Positions 10,216 through 20,575 are shown, numbered from the stretch's first letter. The stretch is 64,000 nucleotides of DNA from Dehalococcoidia bacterium (GCA_041494685.1 JBGQBE010000003.1:65641-129640); one strand, 5' to 3'. Notes: generated by a model from the sequence alone, not told the origin. Made by a program: numbers and translations.

Positions 10216-11469
10216 GTGACCGACGGAGGATCGAGCCCGCCCATGATCACCGGCCACGACATCGTCTGCGCATCGTTCGGTAACTGGGACGATGCCATGG
10301 AGACGCCGCAGCAGCTGATGACGCGGCTCGCGGCCCACAACCGCATCTTCTTTGTGAACCAGCCGGTGTCGCCGCTGTCGTTCGCGTCCGGCATGATGAC
10401 GCGCCGCGCGGTAATGTCGCGGATCGCGGCGTGGCGGCGTGGCACGCGGCAGGTCTCGCCGAACATCTGGGTGGGCCAGCCGCCGCCGATCCTGCCGAAG
10501 CGCAGCAACAGGTTGGTGAATGTGCTGAACGGCGCGCTCCTGCGACGCTGGCTCGCGCGAGAGACGCGCGCGGCTGGTTTCGAGTCGCCGATCTACTGGA
10601 ACTTCCAGCCGTGGCTGCCGAACCTGGGACGCGCGCTCAAGCCGTCGCTGTCCCTGTACTACTGCGTGGATGACTTCGCCTCGGCGCCGTACTGGTGGAA
10701 CAGCGGCGGCGCGGTGCGCGCGAGAGAGGCTGAGTGCTGCCGCGAGGCGGACGTAGTGATCTGCACCGGGCGGCAACTCGTCGACGGCCGGCGCGGCATC
10801 AATCCGAACGTCCACTTCATGGCGGAGGGCGCGGACGTCGAGGCCTTCACGGTTGAGGCGCTCTCCAGCAACCCGGCACCCGACGACATCGCGCGGCTGC
10901 CCGGCAAGGTGGTGGGCTACGCGGGCGCGATCAACTGGCGCATCGACAGCGACCTGATCCTGTACATGGCGGAGCGCCAGCCCGACTGGTCGTTCGCGCT
11001 GGTCGGCCCGGTGCGCCCGGACCTCGCGCAGGAGGAGCGGCTGCGAGCGATGCCGAACGTCCACTTCCTGGGTAACAAGCCGCCGTCCGAGCTGCCAGCG
11101 TACTGCAAGGCGATGGACGCCTGCCTGCTCCCCTACGTGCTCAACGAGTACACGCACCACATCTTCCCGCTGAAGCTCTACGAGTACATGGCCGCCGGTA
11201 AGCCCATTGTCTCGACGGACATGGCGGAGATGCGCGCCTACGAGGGCGACGAGATGGCGATCGGCCGCTCGAACGAGGAGTTCCACCGCAAGCTGGTCCT
11301 GGCGATGGCTGAGGACACGCCGGCGCGCGCGGCCGCGCGGCGGCAGTCCGCGCGCAATGAATCGTGGGACCACCGCGTGGAGCAGATCTCCGAGCTGATC
11401 GCACCGATGGTGCGTCCGCGGGCGGGCCGCGCCGCCGCGCCCGGCGCTACGCAGCGAGAGTCGGCGTGA
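10216..11469 (+). CDS. Glycosyltransferase family 4 (GT1-type, TuaH/WbuB-like)
   Basis: C-terminal E-x7-E region (EYTHHIFPLKLYEYMAAGKPIVSTD). Paralogous to the next gene. Confidence 0.75.
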   Translation: MTDGGSSPPMITGHDIVCASFGNWDDAMETPQQLMTRLAAHNRIFFVNQPVSPLSFASGMMTRRAVMSRIAAWRRGTRQVSPNIWVGQPPPILPKRSNRLVNVLNGALLRRWLARETRAAGFESPIYWNFQPWLPNLGRALKPSLSLYYCVDDFASAPYWWNSGGAVRAREAECCREADVVICTGRQLVDGRRGINPNVHFMAEGADVEAFTVEALSSNPAPDDIARLPGKVVGYAGAINWRIDSDLILYMAERQPDWSFALVGPVRPDLAQEERLRAMPNVHFLGNKPPSELPAYCKAMDACLLPYVLNEYTHHIFPLKLYEYMAAGKPIVSTDMAEMRAYEGDEMAIGRSNEEFHRKLVLAMAEDTPARAAARRQSARNESWDHRVEQISELIAPMVRPRAGRAAAPGATQRESA

Positions 11470-12716
11470 TGATCGAAGGGCGGGACATCGTCTGCCTGTC
11501 GTTCGTCACGTGGGACGACCACTGGGGTACGCCGCAGCAGCTGATGAGCCGGCTGGCGCCGCGCAACCGCATCTTCTTCGTGGACCAGCCGATCTCTCCC
11601 GCGTCGTACTTCACCGGCATTCGCAGGCGTGACGCGGTGGCGCAGCAGTTCAGCCGCTGGCGCCAGGGACCGCGCGAGGTCGCGCCCAACGTCTGGGCGG
11701 GCGCGTCGCCGCCGGTGCTGCCGCTGCGCTACAACAAGCTGCCGAACGCGCTGAACGCCGTCGCGCTGCGCCGCTGGCTGCGCAGGAGCGTGCGCCGTCT
11801 GGGGTTTCAGGATCCGATCCTCTGGAACTTCCAGCCGTCGATGCCGGGGTTCGGGCGGGCCGTGGCGCCGTCGCTTACCGTGTACCACTGCGTGGACGAG
11901 TTCGCCGCGGTGCCGCAGTGGTGGCATCCGTCGCACAACGTGGGGCTGCGCGAGGCGGAGTGCGTACGAGAGGCGGACGTGGTGTTCTGCACGGGCCGCA
12001 CGCTTGTCGAGCGGCGCAGGGCGTGGAATGCCAATACCCACTTCGTCGCGAACGCGGGCGACTACGATCTCTTCTCGCGCGCGGCGCTGGCGGAGACGCC
12101 GGTGGCGGCGGACATCGCGGCGCTGCCCGGCAAGGTCGTTGGCGTGCTGGCGGTCCTCGATGCGCGGCTGGACGTGGATCTGATCGTGCACATGGCGCGG
12201 CAGCGGCCGGACCGGTCGTTCGCGCTGGTCGGGATGGTGAAGGGGGACGTCGACGTGCGGCCGCTGCAGGCGCTGCCGAACGTGCACCTGTTGGGCATGC
12301 GGCCGATGGACGAATTGCCCGGCTACGTGAAGGGTATGGATGTCTGCCTCATCCCCTATGTGGTCAGCGATTACACGCGGCACATGTTCCCGCTGAAGCT
12401 GTACGAGTATCTCGCCGCCGGAAAGCCGATCGTGTCGTCCGATCTGGAAGAGATGCGGCCCTACGAGGGTTTGGCACTTGAGATCGCGCGCTCCCGCGAC
12501 GAGTTCGTTACGCTGGCGGAGCGGGCGATACGCGACGACTCGCCGGAGCGCGCCGCGGCACGGCAGCGGCTGGCGCGCGACAATTCCTGGGACCACCGGG
12601 TAGAGGAGTTGTCCGCGATCGTCGGCCCGCTGCTGGAGGAGCGCACGCCGGGCCGGACGGCGGCGCGGGTGCCGACACGGCCGGCGCGGCCGGCCGGCAC
12701 GGAGCAGGTGCGATGA
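11469..12716 (+). CDS. Glycosyltransferase family 4, tandem paralog of the preceding gene
   Basis: Same architecture and the same C-terminal motif (DYTRHMFPLKLYEYLAAGKPIVSSD). ATG at 11469 overlaps the upstream TGA (GTGATGA). Confidence 0.75.
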   Translation: MIEGRDIVCLSFVTWDDHWGTPQQLMSRLAPRNRIFFVDQPISPASYFTGIRRRDAVAQQFSRWRQGPREVAPNVWAGASPPVLPLRYNKLPNALNAVALRRWLRRSVRRLGFQDPILWNFQPSMPGFGRAVAPSLTVYHCVDEFAAVPQWWHPSHNVGLREAECVREADVVFCTGRTLVERRRAWNANTHFVANAGDYDLFSRAALAETPVAADIAALPGKVVGVLAVLDARLDVDLIVHMARQRPDRSFALVGMVKGDVDVRPLQALPNVHLLGMRPMDELPGYVKGMDVCLIPYVVSDYTRHMFPLKLYEYLAAGKPIVSSDLEEMRPYEGLALEIARSRDEFVTLAERAIRDDSPERAAARQRLARDNSWDHRVEELSAIVGPLLEERTPGRTAARVPTRPARPAGTEQVR

Positions 12717-14125
12717 CCGTGGGCGAGACGGCGATGCAGGGGCCGCGGCGCAGGGCGTTCTCGTTCCGGCTGCGCCGCAGCAACGACGTCCTTCTGGCCG
12801 CCGCGATGGGCGGCATCCTTGCGCTGATGATGCAGGCGTTGCCCATGCAGGCGGCGCTGGCGTCCAGCGTCGTCGGTTCGTTCGTGATCCTGGCGCTGGT
12901 CGATACGCGCGTCGCCGTGTTCGCGCTGCTGCTGGCGCGCTCCGTCATCGACGTCACAGCGACGGTGCCGCTGCTCTCGGCGTCCGGGAGTTCGAACGTG
13001 AATGCGGCGGCGATGATGAGCTTCATCGCGATCGGCATCGGTGCGGCGCACATCGCGATCAGCCGCATCGACATCACACGCGTGCCGACGGCGAAGCCGA
13101 CGCTGCTCTTTCTGACGATCACGCTGTTGGGCGTTGCACTGGCGCCCGATCACAACCGGGCCATGCAGGACTGGATACGCTCGGTAGGCACGTTCAGCAT
13201 GTTCATCCTGATCGTGGACCTGATGCGGTCGAAGGCCGACCAGCGCTGGGTGATCAAGGTGCTGCTGCTGTCCGCCGTGGTCCCGGTCGTCTGGGGCATC
13301 AAGCAGTTCATCGCGGGCGAGGGCAACGTCGACACGCCCGGGCTGGTCCGCATCTACGGCACGTTCACGCACCCATCGCCGTACTCCTTCTACCTCGTGG
13401 AGTTGATCCCACTGGCGTTCGTGTTCCTGCTCTATACACGTTCGAAGATGGGGCGGCTCGGGTTGCTCGTGCTCATCCCGGCGATGCTGTTCTGCGTCTA
13501 TGAAGCTCAGACGCGCGGAGCGTGGGTGGGCGTGGTCGTCGGCGTCATGATCTTCATGTCGACGCGGGCGCGGTGGACGCTGCTGCTGGTGCCGCTGATG
13601 GCCGGCGCGATGTTCTTCGCTATTCCGTCAGTGCACGCACGCTTCAGCGAGGCGACGAGCCAGCAGGGCTCCGTTGTCTGGCGGACGGAGCAGTGGGACG
13701 CGGCGATCGGCGTCGCCTCGACCCCGAAGCTGCTGACGGTGGGCGCCGGGCTCGGTGCGGTGGACGTGACGCTCGGTAACCTGACGCACAACGAGTACGT
13801 GCGCCTGCTGGTGGAGACGGGGCTCGCGGGGCTGATCGCCACGATCTTCGTCTACCGCTCGCTCTTCCGCATCGCGATGAAGGAGTATCGCGAGGCAGCG
13901 TCGCGGTATGAGCGCGACCTGATGCTCGCGTTCCTTATGGTGTTCGCCGCGCGCGTCGTGATCGCCGCGTCGGACAATATCATTGTCTACCCCGCGCTGG
14001 AGTGGTACTTCTGGGCGTTCGCGGCGGTCGTCGTTGGCAGCACGGGGTCGTACCAGCGGCGCCGCCTGGGCCAGCGCGCGCCGCACGACGCGGCGCATCC
14101 TGCGGCCGGGACACGCGCAGCGTGA
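12713..14125 (+). CDS. Wzy-type polymerase / O-antigen ligase family membrane protein
   Basis: About 10-12 TM helices with a large periplasmic loop containing the Wzy_C-like region (YGTFTHPSPYSF ... EAQTRGAW). The start may instead be the internal Met at 12734. Confidence 0.7.
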   Translation: MTVGETAMQGPRRRAFSFRLRRSNDVLLAAAMGGILALMMQALPMQAALASSVVGSFVILALVDTRVAVFALLLARSVIDVTATVPLLSASGSSNVNAAAMMSFIAIGIGAAHIAISRIDITRVPTAKPTLLFLTITLLGVALAPDHNRAMQDWIRSVGTFSMFILIVDLMRSKADQRWVIKVLLLSAVVPVVWGIKQFIAGEGNVDTPGLVRIYGTFTHPSPYSFYLVELIPLAFVFLLYTRSKMGRLGLLVLIPAMLFCVYEAQTRGAWVGVVVGVMIFMSTRARWTLLLVPLMAGAMFFAIPSVHARFSEATSQQGSVVWRTEQWDAAIGVASTPKLLTVGAGLGAVDVTLGNLTHNEYVRLLVETGLAGLIATIFVYRSLFRIAMKEYREAASRYERDLMLAFLMVFAARVVIAASDNIIVYPALEWYFWAFAAVVVGSTGSYQRRRLGQRAPHDAAHPAAGTRAA

Positions 14126-15351
14126 AGGTCCTGCAGGTCAACAAGTTCCACTACAACCGCGGCGGTGCGGAGACGGTGTACTTCGCCCTCTCCGACCTGC
14201 TGCGCCGGCACGGGCACGAGGTCATCCCGTTCGCGATGCAGGATGACCGGAACGAGGAGACGCCCTACGCGCGCTACTTCGTGAGCAACATCGACCTGCG
14301 CGAGGAGGCGGGCGGCCTCGCGGGCAAGGCAGCCGCGGCGGGACGGATCCTCTACTCGCGCGAGGCGGAGCGCAAGATGGACGCGCTGCTCCGGGAGACG
14401 CGGCCCGACGTTGCGCACCTGCACAACATCTACCACCAGCTCTCGCCGTCGATCCTGCGGGCGCTTGCGCGCCACAAGGTGCCGGTCGTGATGACGCTGC
14501 ACGACTACAAGCTCATCTGCCCGGCGTACACCCTGTATACGAACGGGGCGCTCTGCGAGCGTTGCAAGGGACATCGCTACTACAACGCCGTCCTCCAGGG
14601 CTGCGTGAAGGGGTCGCGGGCCAAGAGCGCGCTGTGCGCCGCGGAGGCGTACCTGCACGCGGGCCTCGGGAGCTACAGGCGGCACGTCAAGTTCTACGTT
14701 GCGCCCAGCCGGTTTATTGCGTCAAAAATGCTAGAGTTCGGCATCGATGGCGGCCTAGTCGTCCATGTACCGAACTTCATCGCGCCACCGCCGCTGCCCG
14801 CGAAGCCCCCGGGGCGCTACTTCGTGTACGCGGGACGTCTCGAACGCGTGAAGGGCGTGGGCACGCTGCTGCGGGCGATCGATGCGAGCGCCTTGGCGCG
14901 AGATTTTGAGCTTCGGATAGCCGGCGACGGCGAGGACCGGGCGGAGTTGGAGGCGTACGCGCGGGAGCGGGGCCTGTCGAACGTCAGGTTCCTCGGGCAT
15001 CTCTCTCAGGCGGAATTGGAGCCGGTGACGGCCGGGGCGCGGTTCGCCGTGGTGCCGTCAGAATGGCACGAAAACGCGCCCCTGAGCGTCCTGGAGGCGG
15101 CGGCGCGGGGCAAGGCCGTCGTGGCCTCGGACCTGGGCGGGCTGCCCGAGATGGTCATCCACGGGGAGACCGGGCTGATCTTCCGCGCCGGGGATGCTGT
15201 AGCGCTGGGGGGCTGCATCGAGCAACTGCTCCGGGAGCCGGAGCGGGCCGCTGAAATGGGCGTGAAGGCACGAGCGTTAGTAGAAGAGACGTTCAGCCCG
15301 GAATCGCACTACCGCCGCACGATGGCGGTGTATGAGCGGGCGATGACGTAA
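14122..15351 (+). CDS. Glycosyltransferase family 4
   Basis: GTG start at 14122 overlaps the upstream stop. GT4 motifs near the C-terminus (EWHENAPLSVLEAAARGKAVVASDLGGLPE). Confidence 0.8.
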   Translation: MKVLQVNKFHYNRGGAETVYFALSDLLRRHGHEVIPFAMQDDRNEETPYARYFVSNIDLREEAGGLAGKAAAAGRILYSREAERKMDALLRETRPDVAHLHNIYHQLSPSILRALARHKVPVVMTLHDYKLICPAYTLYTNGALCERCKGHRYYNAVLQGCVKGSRAKSALCAAEAYLHAGLGSYRRHVKFYVAPSRFIASKMLEFGIDGGLVVHVPNFIAPPPLPAKPPGRYFVYAGRLERVKGVGTLLRAIDASALARDFELRIAGDGEDRAELEAYARERGLSNVRFLGHLSQAELEPVTAGARFAVVPSEWHENAPLSVLEAAARGKAVVASDLGGLPEMVIHGETGLIFRAGDAVALGGCIEQLLREPERAAEMGVKARALVEETFSPESHYRRTMAVYERAMT

Positions 15352-15359
15352 TCGCCCGG

Positions 15360-16418
15360 ATGCCGTATGTTCTGGAACGTGGGGTGGAGACCGTGAGCAG
15401 GCTCGTTTGCGTCACTGGCGGGGCCGGATACATCGGCGTGGAGCTCGTCGCACAGCTGGTGCAGCGCGGCGACCGCGTGCGCGTGCTTGACCGCTTCTTC
15501 TGGGGTACGGCCGGCCTCGACGAGCTGCCGGGGGTGGAGCTGATCTCCCGGGACGTGCGCGAGATGCACGACGGAGACCTCGAGGGCGCCGACGCGGTCT
15601 GCCATCTGGCGGGCCTGTCGAACGACCCGACGGCCGACCTCGACCCAGCCGCCAACTGGCAGATGAACGCCGTCGCGACGGCGGAGCTGGCGGAATCCTG
15701 CATCCGGATGGGTGTGAAGCGCCTGACGTTCGGCTCCAGCGGCTCCATCTATGACGGTCTTCCGTCCAGCGAAGTGCTCGACGAGGACGCGCCTGTGGAG
15801 CCGATCGGCGCGTACGCAACGTCGAAGTACGAGGCGGAGCGCCGCCTGCTGGCCGCCGCCGAGCGCGGGCTGAACGTGGTGCTGCTGCGCCAGGGCACGG
15901 TCGGCGGCTTCAGCAAGCGCATGCGTTACGACCTGGTGGTGAACACGTTCCTGAAGGACGCGCTGCTGAAGAAGCAGCTCTTCCTGCATGACGGCGGCCT
16001 GATGTGGCGGCCGCTGGTCGATGTCCGCGACGTTGCGACGGCGCACATCGTCTGCCTGGACGCCCCGTTGGAGAAGGTGTCCGGCCGCACGTTCAACGTG
16101 CTGCAGGAGAACTACCAGATCTGCGAGCTGGCGAAAGTGGCGGCCGAGGCCGTGCGGCCGATCGTCGGCGAGGTCCAGATCACGTCGATTCCGGCGACGG
16201 GCCGCAAGCGCGACTACCGCTGTTCGAACGCGCGCCTGACGGCGGCGACGGGCTGGACGCCGGCGCGCACAGTGCTCGACTCGCTCCAGAGCATCCTGGA
16301 CAACGTCAGCGAGATCGACGGCCAGGAGATGCTGCACCCCCGTTACTACAACCTCAAGTGGATGCAGTTGCTGACCGAAGTCCACGAGCAGCTCAAGCCG
16401 TACTCCCGGGTGTTCTAG
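15360..16418 (+). CDS. NAD-dependent sugar epimerase/dehydratase (SDR family)
   Basis: Rossmann motif VTGGAGYIG and catalytic YxxxK (YATSKYEAE). Confidence 0.8.
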   Translation: MPYVLERGVETVSRLVCVTGGAGYIGVELVAQLVQRGDRVRVLDRFFWGTAGLDELPGVELISRDVREMHDGDLEGADAVCHLAGLSNDPTADLDPAANWQMNAVATAELAESCIRMGVKRLTFGSSGSIYDGLPSSEVLDEDAPVEPIGAYATSKYEAERRLLAAAERGLNVVLLRQGTVGGFSKRMRYDLVVNTFLKDALLKKQLFLHDGGLMWRPLVDVRDVATAHIVCLDAPLEKVSGRTFNVLQENYQICELAKVAAEAVRPIVGEVQITSIPATGRKRDYRCSNARLTAATGWTPARTVLDSLQSILDNVSEIDGQEMLHPRYYNLKWMQLLTEVHEQLKPYSRVF

Positions 16419-16421
16419 CCC

Positions 16422-17570
16422 ATGCTTCCCCAGCCTCTGCCCGCCGCGGAGGCGCGCCACCCGCTGCGTATCGCCATGCTCGGCATGCGGGGGATCCCGG
16501 CGAACTACGGTGGCCTGGAGGCGGTGGCCGAAGAGGTCGGCGCGCGGATGGCGGAGCGAGGGCATCGCGTCACGGCCTACTGCCGCGCCCACAACGCCAC
16601 CATCCACGACCAGGAGTACCGCGGGATGCGGCGCGTCGAACTGCCGTCGCTGCGCGAGAAGCACCTCGATACGCCTACCCACACAGCACTTTCTTCGCTG
16701 CGCGCGCTGGTCCACCGCTCCGATGTGGTGCACCTGTTCGGCGTCGGCAACGCGCCGTGGCTGCCGCTGCTACGCCTCGCCGGGCGCGGCACCGTAATCT
16801 CCGTGGACGGCATGGACTGGCGGCGGAGGAAGTGGGGCCGCGTCGCGCGGACGCTGCTCGAACGCTCGTCACTGCTCGCGATCCGCGCGTCCGGGGCGTG
16901 CATCACTGACTCGCACGAAGTGGCGCACTACTACGTCGACCGCTACGGGCGCCAGCCGTACTACATCGCGCACGGCTACGACACGCGCGCGATCCAGGAC
17001 GCCGGCGCGCTCGCGGAGTTCGGGCTGGACGACCGCGGCTACGTGCTCTTCGTGGGGCGTATCACGCCGGAGAAGGGCGTGCACCACCTGATCGAGGCGT
17101 TCCGCGAGATCCCGACTGACAAGCGGTTGGTGATCGTCGGCGACGGCGCGGCGGACGAGGAGTACTGGAAGTCGCTGCACCTGCGCGCGCAGGGTTACCC
17201 CAACGTGCGCCTGCTCGGCCCCGTGTACGGCGAACGCACGCGCGAACTCTTCGCGCACGCCTACCTGTACGTGCAGCCGTCGGAGATCGAGGGCACAGCC
17301 GTGTCGCTCGTCGAAGCGATGGGCTACGGCAACTGCGTGCTGGTCAGCGATATCGCCGAGAACATCGAGACGGTGGGCGAGGCCGGGCTGACGTTCCGGA
17401 TCGCCGATGCGGCGCCGTCGCTGCGGTCGCGGCTCGAGGAGTTGCTGGCGTCGCCGCAGACGGTGGCGTGCCGCCGGCAGACGGCCGCGCGCTACGCCGC
17501 CGAGCGCTACTCGTGGGAGCGCGTCGCGGACGCGCACGAGTCGCTGTACTACCAGGTCGCGCGCCTCTAA
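16422..17570 (+). CDS. Glycosyltransferase family 4 (DUF1972-type N-terminus)
   Basis: GT4 C-terminal domain (EGTAVSLVEAMGYGNCVLVSD). Last gene of the glycan locus. Confidence 0.75.
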   Translation: MLPQPLPAAEARHPLRIAMLGMRGIPANYGGLEAVAEEVGARMAERGHRVTAYCRAHNATIHDQEYRGMRRVELPSLREKHLDTPTHTALSSLRALVHRSDVVHLFGVGNAPWLPLLRLAGRGTVISVDGMDWRRRKWGRVARTLLERSSLLAIRASGACITDSHEVAHYYVDRYGRQPYYIAHGYDTRAIQDAGALAEFGLDDRGYVLFVGRITPEKGVHHLIEAFREIPTDKRLVIVGDGAADEEYWKSLHLRAQGYPNVRLLGPVYGERTRELFAHAYLYVQPSEIEGTAVSLVEAMGYGNCVLVSDIAENIETVGEAGLTFRIADAAPSLRSRLEELLASPQTVACRRQTAARYAAERYSWERVADAHESLYYQVARL

Positions 17571-18763
17571 CTGCCGCCGTTCGCAGTGAACTCACGCAGG
17601 GCTCGCTTCGCCGCGCCGTCGAGCGCGACGTCGTCGAGTGGAGGGTGGATGAGTCCCGCGCGCACGTCCCGGAAGCAGCGCTCGAGCGGATGCGCCTCCG
17701 CCAGCCCTACACCGCCGCCGATCCGCATGGCCAGGTCCGTGACGCGCACCGCGGCGTTTGTCGCGTGGTACTTCGCCAGCGGCACCTGCGCGGCGATGTC
17801 GCGGCGATCAGCGCGGCCTTCGACCCAGTCGCGCGCCGTGTCGAACACGAGGCGGCGCGCCGAGAAGAGCAGCGCTTCGATCTCACCGAGTTTCGCGCGG
17901 ACGGCGGGCAGGTCGCCGATGGGCTTGCCGAGGTTCGTCGGCACACGCGTGGCGGCGAAGCGCGCGGCCCAGTCGCGCGCGGCGACGGCGATGCCGACGT
18001 AGGTGGCGGCGAACGGCAGGCCATGCCATGGCGCCACGTCGGCGGACGCGACGAACGCCTCGCCCGTCGCGCTGACGCGGATGACGTCTTCGTCCGGCAC
18101 GAGCACGCCTTCGAGCACGATGTCGTGGCTGGCCGACTCGCGCATCGACAGCGCGTGCCAGGTCGGCTCGACGCGAACGCCGGGCGACGAGGCAGCGACG
18201 AGGAACTGGCCCAGGTGCTCGGGCATGCCGGGCGCACGCACGGCGGCGCTGACGGCGTAGTGCGTGAGATACGTGCTGGCGGTGGACCACTGCTTGCACC
18301 CGTCGATGCGCCAGCCGCCGTCCGTGCGGGTGGCGGTCGTCGCCGGCAATCCACCGCGGGCGGGGCTGCCCATCTCCGCCTCGGCCTGGCAGTTGTTGAT
18401 CAGGTAGCCGCGCCCGACCGACTGGCGCAGGAACGAATAGAGCATCTCCTGCGGCCAGAGGCCGGAGACGAGCGACGAGCCGATGTACTGCAAGTGCATG
18501 TTGGCAGCAAGCCCGGCGGAGCCGAGCGCGCGCGACACCTTCTCCTGCGCGACGCAGGCGTCGAGCACGCTGCCGCCGAGGCCGCCGAGGCGCGTGGGCG
18601 TCGTGATTCCCAGGTAGCCGGCCGTGCGCAGGTCGTCGATGCAGCCGCCGAGCAGCGCCTCGCCGTCTACGCCGCCCGCGGCCACGCGCCGCGCGATGCG
18701 GGCCGCCGCGTCGTCCGCGACGGCGACGATGCGTGGGTCGGCCAGGAAGTCGAACGAGTCCAT
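17567..18763 (-). CDS. Acyl-CoA dehydrogenase family protein
   Basis: ACAD N-, middle and C-terminal blocks. Start placed at MDSFDF (18763); the listed ORF extends to 18955. Confidence 0.75.
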   Translation of the reverse strand: MDSFDFLADPRIVAVADDAAARIARRVAAGGVDGEALLGGCIDDLRTAGYLGITTPTRLGGLGGSVLDACVAQEKVSRALGSAGLAANMHLQYIGSSLVSGLWPQEMLYSFLRQSVGRGYLINNCQAEAEMGSPARGGLPATTATRTDGGWRIDGCKQWSTASTYLTHYAVSAAVRAPGMPEHLGQFLVAASSPGVRVEPTWHALSMRESASHDIVLEGVLVPDEDVIRVSATGEAFVASADVAPWHGLPFAATYVGIAVAARDWAARFAATRVPTNLGKPIGDLPAVRAKLGEIEALLFSARRLVFDTARDWVEGRADRRDIAAQVPLAKYHATNAAVRVTDLAMRIGGGVGLAEAHPLERCFRDVRAGLIHPPLDDVALDGAAKRALREFTANGGS

Positions 18764-18804
18764 GCGATCAGGGTAGCAGAGGGCGCGGGCCGCGCCGCCG
18801 GCGG

Positions 18805-19659
18805 CTACGGGTGCGGTCGCTCCCGGCGGACGATCGCCTCCTGCGCCATGGTGGCGACGTGGACGCCGGCGCGCGTGTAGAACTGGCGGATGGTGTGCGC
18901 GCGGGCGGAATAGGCCACAGGGGTGTCGGTCACCATCAAGAGCCAGCCGTCCCATCGGGCGGGGCGATGCAGCCAGAACGCGTGGTCAAGGCTTGCGGAC
19001 GCGTAACCGCTGAAGCCGTCCCAGCCGTACCGGCGCTCGACGCCGCCCAGCGATCCCTCGTCGCTCAGGAATGCGAGCGCCGCCGCGTGCACCACCGGGT
19101 CGTCCGGCAGCGGGGCGCGCGTGCGCATCCACATCAACTGTTTGGTCGACTCGCCGGGCGTCGCCACGTAATCCGGAGGATCGCCGTAACGCCATTCGAT
19201 CGGTCCCTTCGGCCATAGCGGCTTGCCGTCCTTGTCCCGCCACATCTCCCACGAGTCGCGGAGCGTCTCGGGATCGGACGCGTCCGGCATCGGATCCTGG
19301 TGGGCGATGCCGTCCTCCGGATGGACGTAGCTCAGCATGATGTCGCAGATGGCGTCGCCGGCCTGGCGGGCGAGGACGCGGCGCGACGTGAACGTACGGC
19401 CGTCGCGGACGCGCTCGACATAATATTCGACGGGCGTGCCGGGCTTGCCGCCGCGCAGGAAGTAGGCGTGGAGCGAGTGCAGCGTCGGGTCGGGCGCGGT
19501 GCGGCCCGCGGCGATGGCCGCCTGGCCGAGCACCAGGCCGCCGAACACGCGGCCTTCCTCCTGGCCGGACGCGCCCGTATAGCGGTCGATGCCGCTGGGC
19601 TCGACCTCGAGCAGGCGCACGAAATGCGCGACGGCGTCGGCGGGGTTCTCTTCGGCCAT
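18805..19659 (-). CDS. tesB: Acyl-CoA thioesterase II (TesB-like double hotdog)
   Basis: TesB-like sequence: VFGGLVLGQAA ... YFLRGG ... DGRTF. Confidence 0.75.
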   Translation of the reverse strand: MAEENPADAVAHFVRLLEVEPSGIDRYTGASGQEEGRVFGGLVLGQAAIAAGRTAPDPTLHSLHAYFLRGGKPGTPVEYYVERVRDGRTFTSRRVLARQAGDAICDIMLSYVHPEDGIAHQDPMPDASDPETLRDSWEMWRDKDGKPLWPKGPIEWRYGDPPDYVATPGESTKQLMWMRTRAPLPDDPVVHAAALAFLSDEGSLGGVERRYGWDGFSGYASASLDHAFWLHRPARWDGWLLMVTDTPVAYSARAHTIRQFYTRAGVHVATMAQEAIVRRERPHP

Positions 19660-19664
19660 GTGCG

Positions 19665-20459
19665 CTACTGGTTGAAGCGAGGCTCTCGCTTCTCCATGAA
19701 CGCCGCGACGGCTTCCTTGTGGTCAGGCTCGGTCTGCCGCTCGCGGATCGAGTAGCTCTCGAGCGTGACGACGCGGCGCAGGTCGGTCTCGAGCGCGTTG
19801 GCGTGCAGCAGGCGCTTGGCGGCCCAGACGGCCTCGTGCGGGTTGCCGGCGATCTCCTCGGCGAGCTTCATCGCTTCCGGCATCAGCTGGTCGGGCTCGA
19901 CGAGGCGGTCGACGAGCCGGCGCTGGAGCGCCTCCTGCGCGTCGATAATGCGGCCGGTGAGCGTGAGCAGCAGGGCGTTCGGCAGGCCGGCGACCAACGG
20001 CAGGTAGCGGCTGCTGCCGCACTCGGGCGTCAGTCCGACCTTCACGAAGCGCGCCGAGAAGCGCGCGGCGGTGGACGCGATGCGGATGTCGCACGACATC
20101 GTCATCGTCAGCCCGACGCCCACGCTGACGCCGTTGATCGCGGCGATAATCGGCTTGCCCTGCGTCAGCGCGATCGGCACCTCCGGGCTGCCGCCCTCGT
20201 ACAGCATCTTGGACGGGCGTTTCGCGCTCGTGCCCTTGATGCCGCGGTCCCAGGCGCCGATGTCGGCGCCGGCGCAGAAGCCGCGCCCGGAGCCCGTGAC
20301 GACGAGGCAGCCGATGGCGTTGTCCTTCGCGGCGGCGTTGACGGCGTCGATGAACTCGTTCTCCATGGTCTGTGTCCACGCGTTCAGGCGCTCGGGCCGG
20401 TTGAGCGTGATCAGCGCCACCGCGCCGCGGGTCTCGTACAGGATGTGCTCGTACGACAT
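19665..20459 (-). CDS. Enoyl-CoA hydratase/isomerase (crotonase) family
   Basis: Crotonase signature: ALITLNRPERLNA ... GSGRGFCAGADI. Confidence 0.85.
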   Translation of the reverse strand: MSYEHILYETRGAVALITLNRPERLNAWTQTMENEFIDAVNAAAKDNAIGCLVVTGSGRGFCAGADIGAWDRGIKGTSAKRPSKMLYEGGSPEVPIALTQGKPIIAAINGVSVGVGLTMTMSCDIRIASTAARFSARFVKVGLTPECGSSRYLPLVAGLPNALLLTLTGRIIDAQEALQRRLVDRLVEPDQLMPEAMKLAEEIAGNPHEAVWAAKRLLHANALETDLRRVVTLESYSIRERQTEPDHKEAVAAFMEKREPRFNQ

Positions 20460-20575
20460 GCAGGTTCGCTCCTTCGGAAGATGGCCGCGCCCCAGCGGCT
20501 CGCGGCTACAGTATGGGCGGCGAACGGCCCAGGCGGAACCGCGACTGAAGCGGCGCGGCGGCGTATACTCCGATC

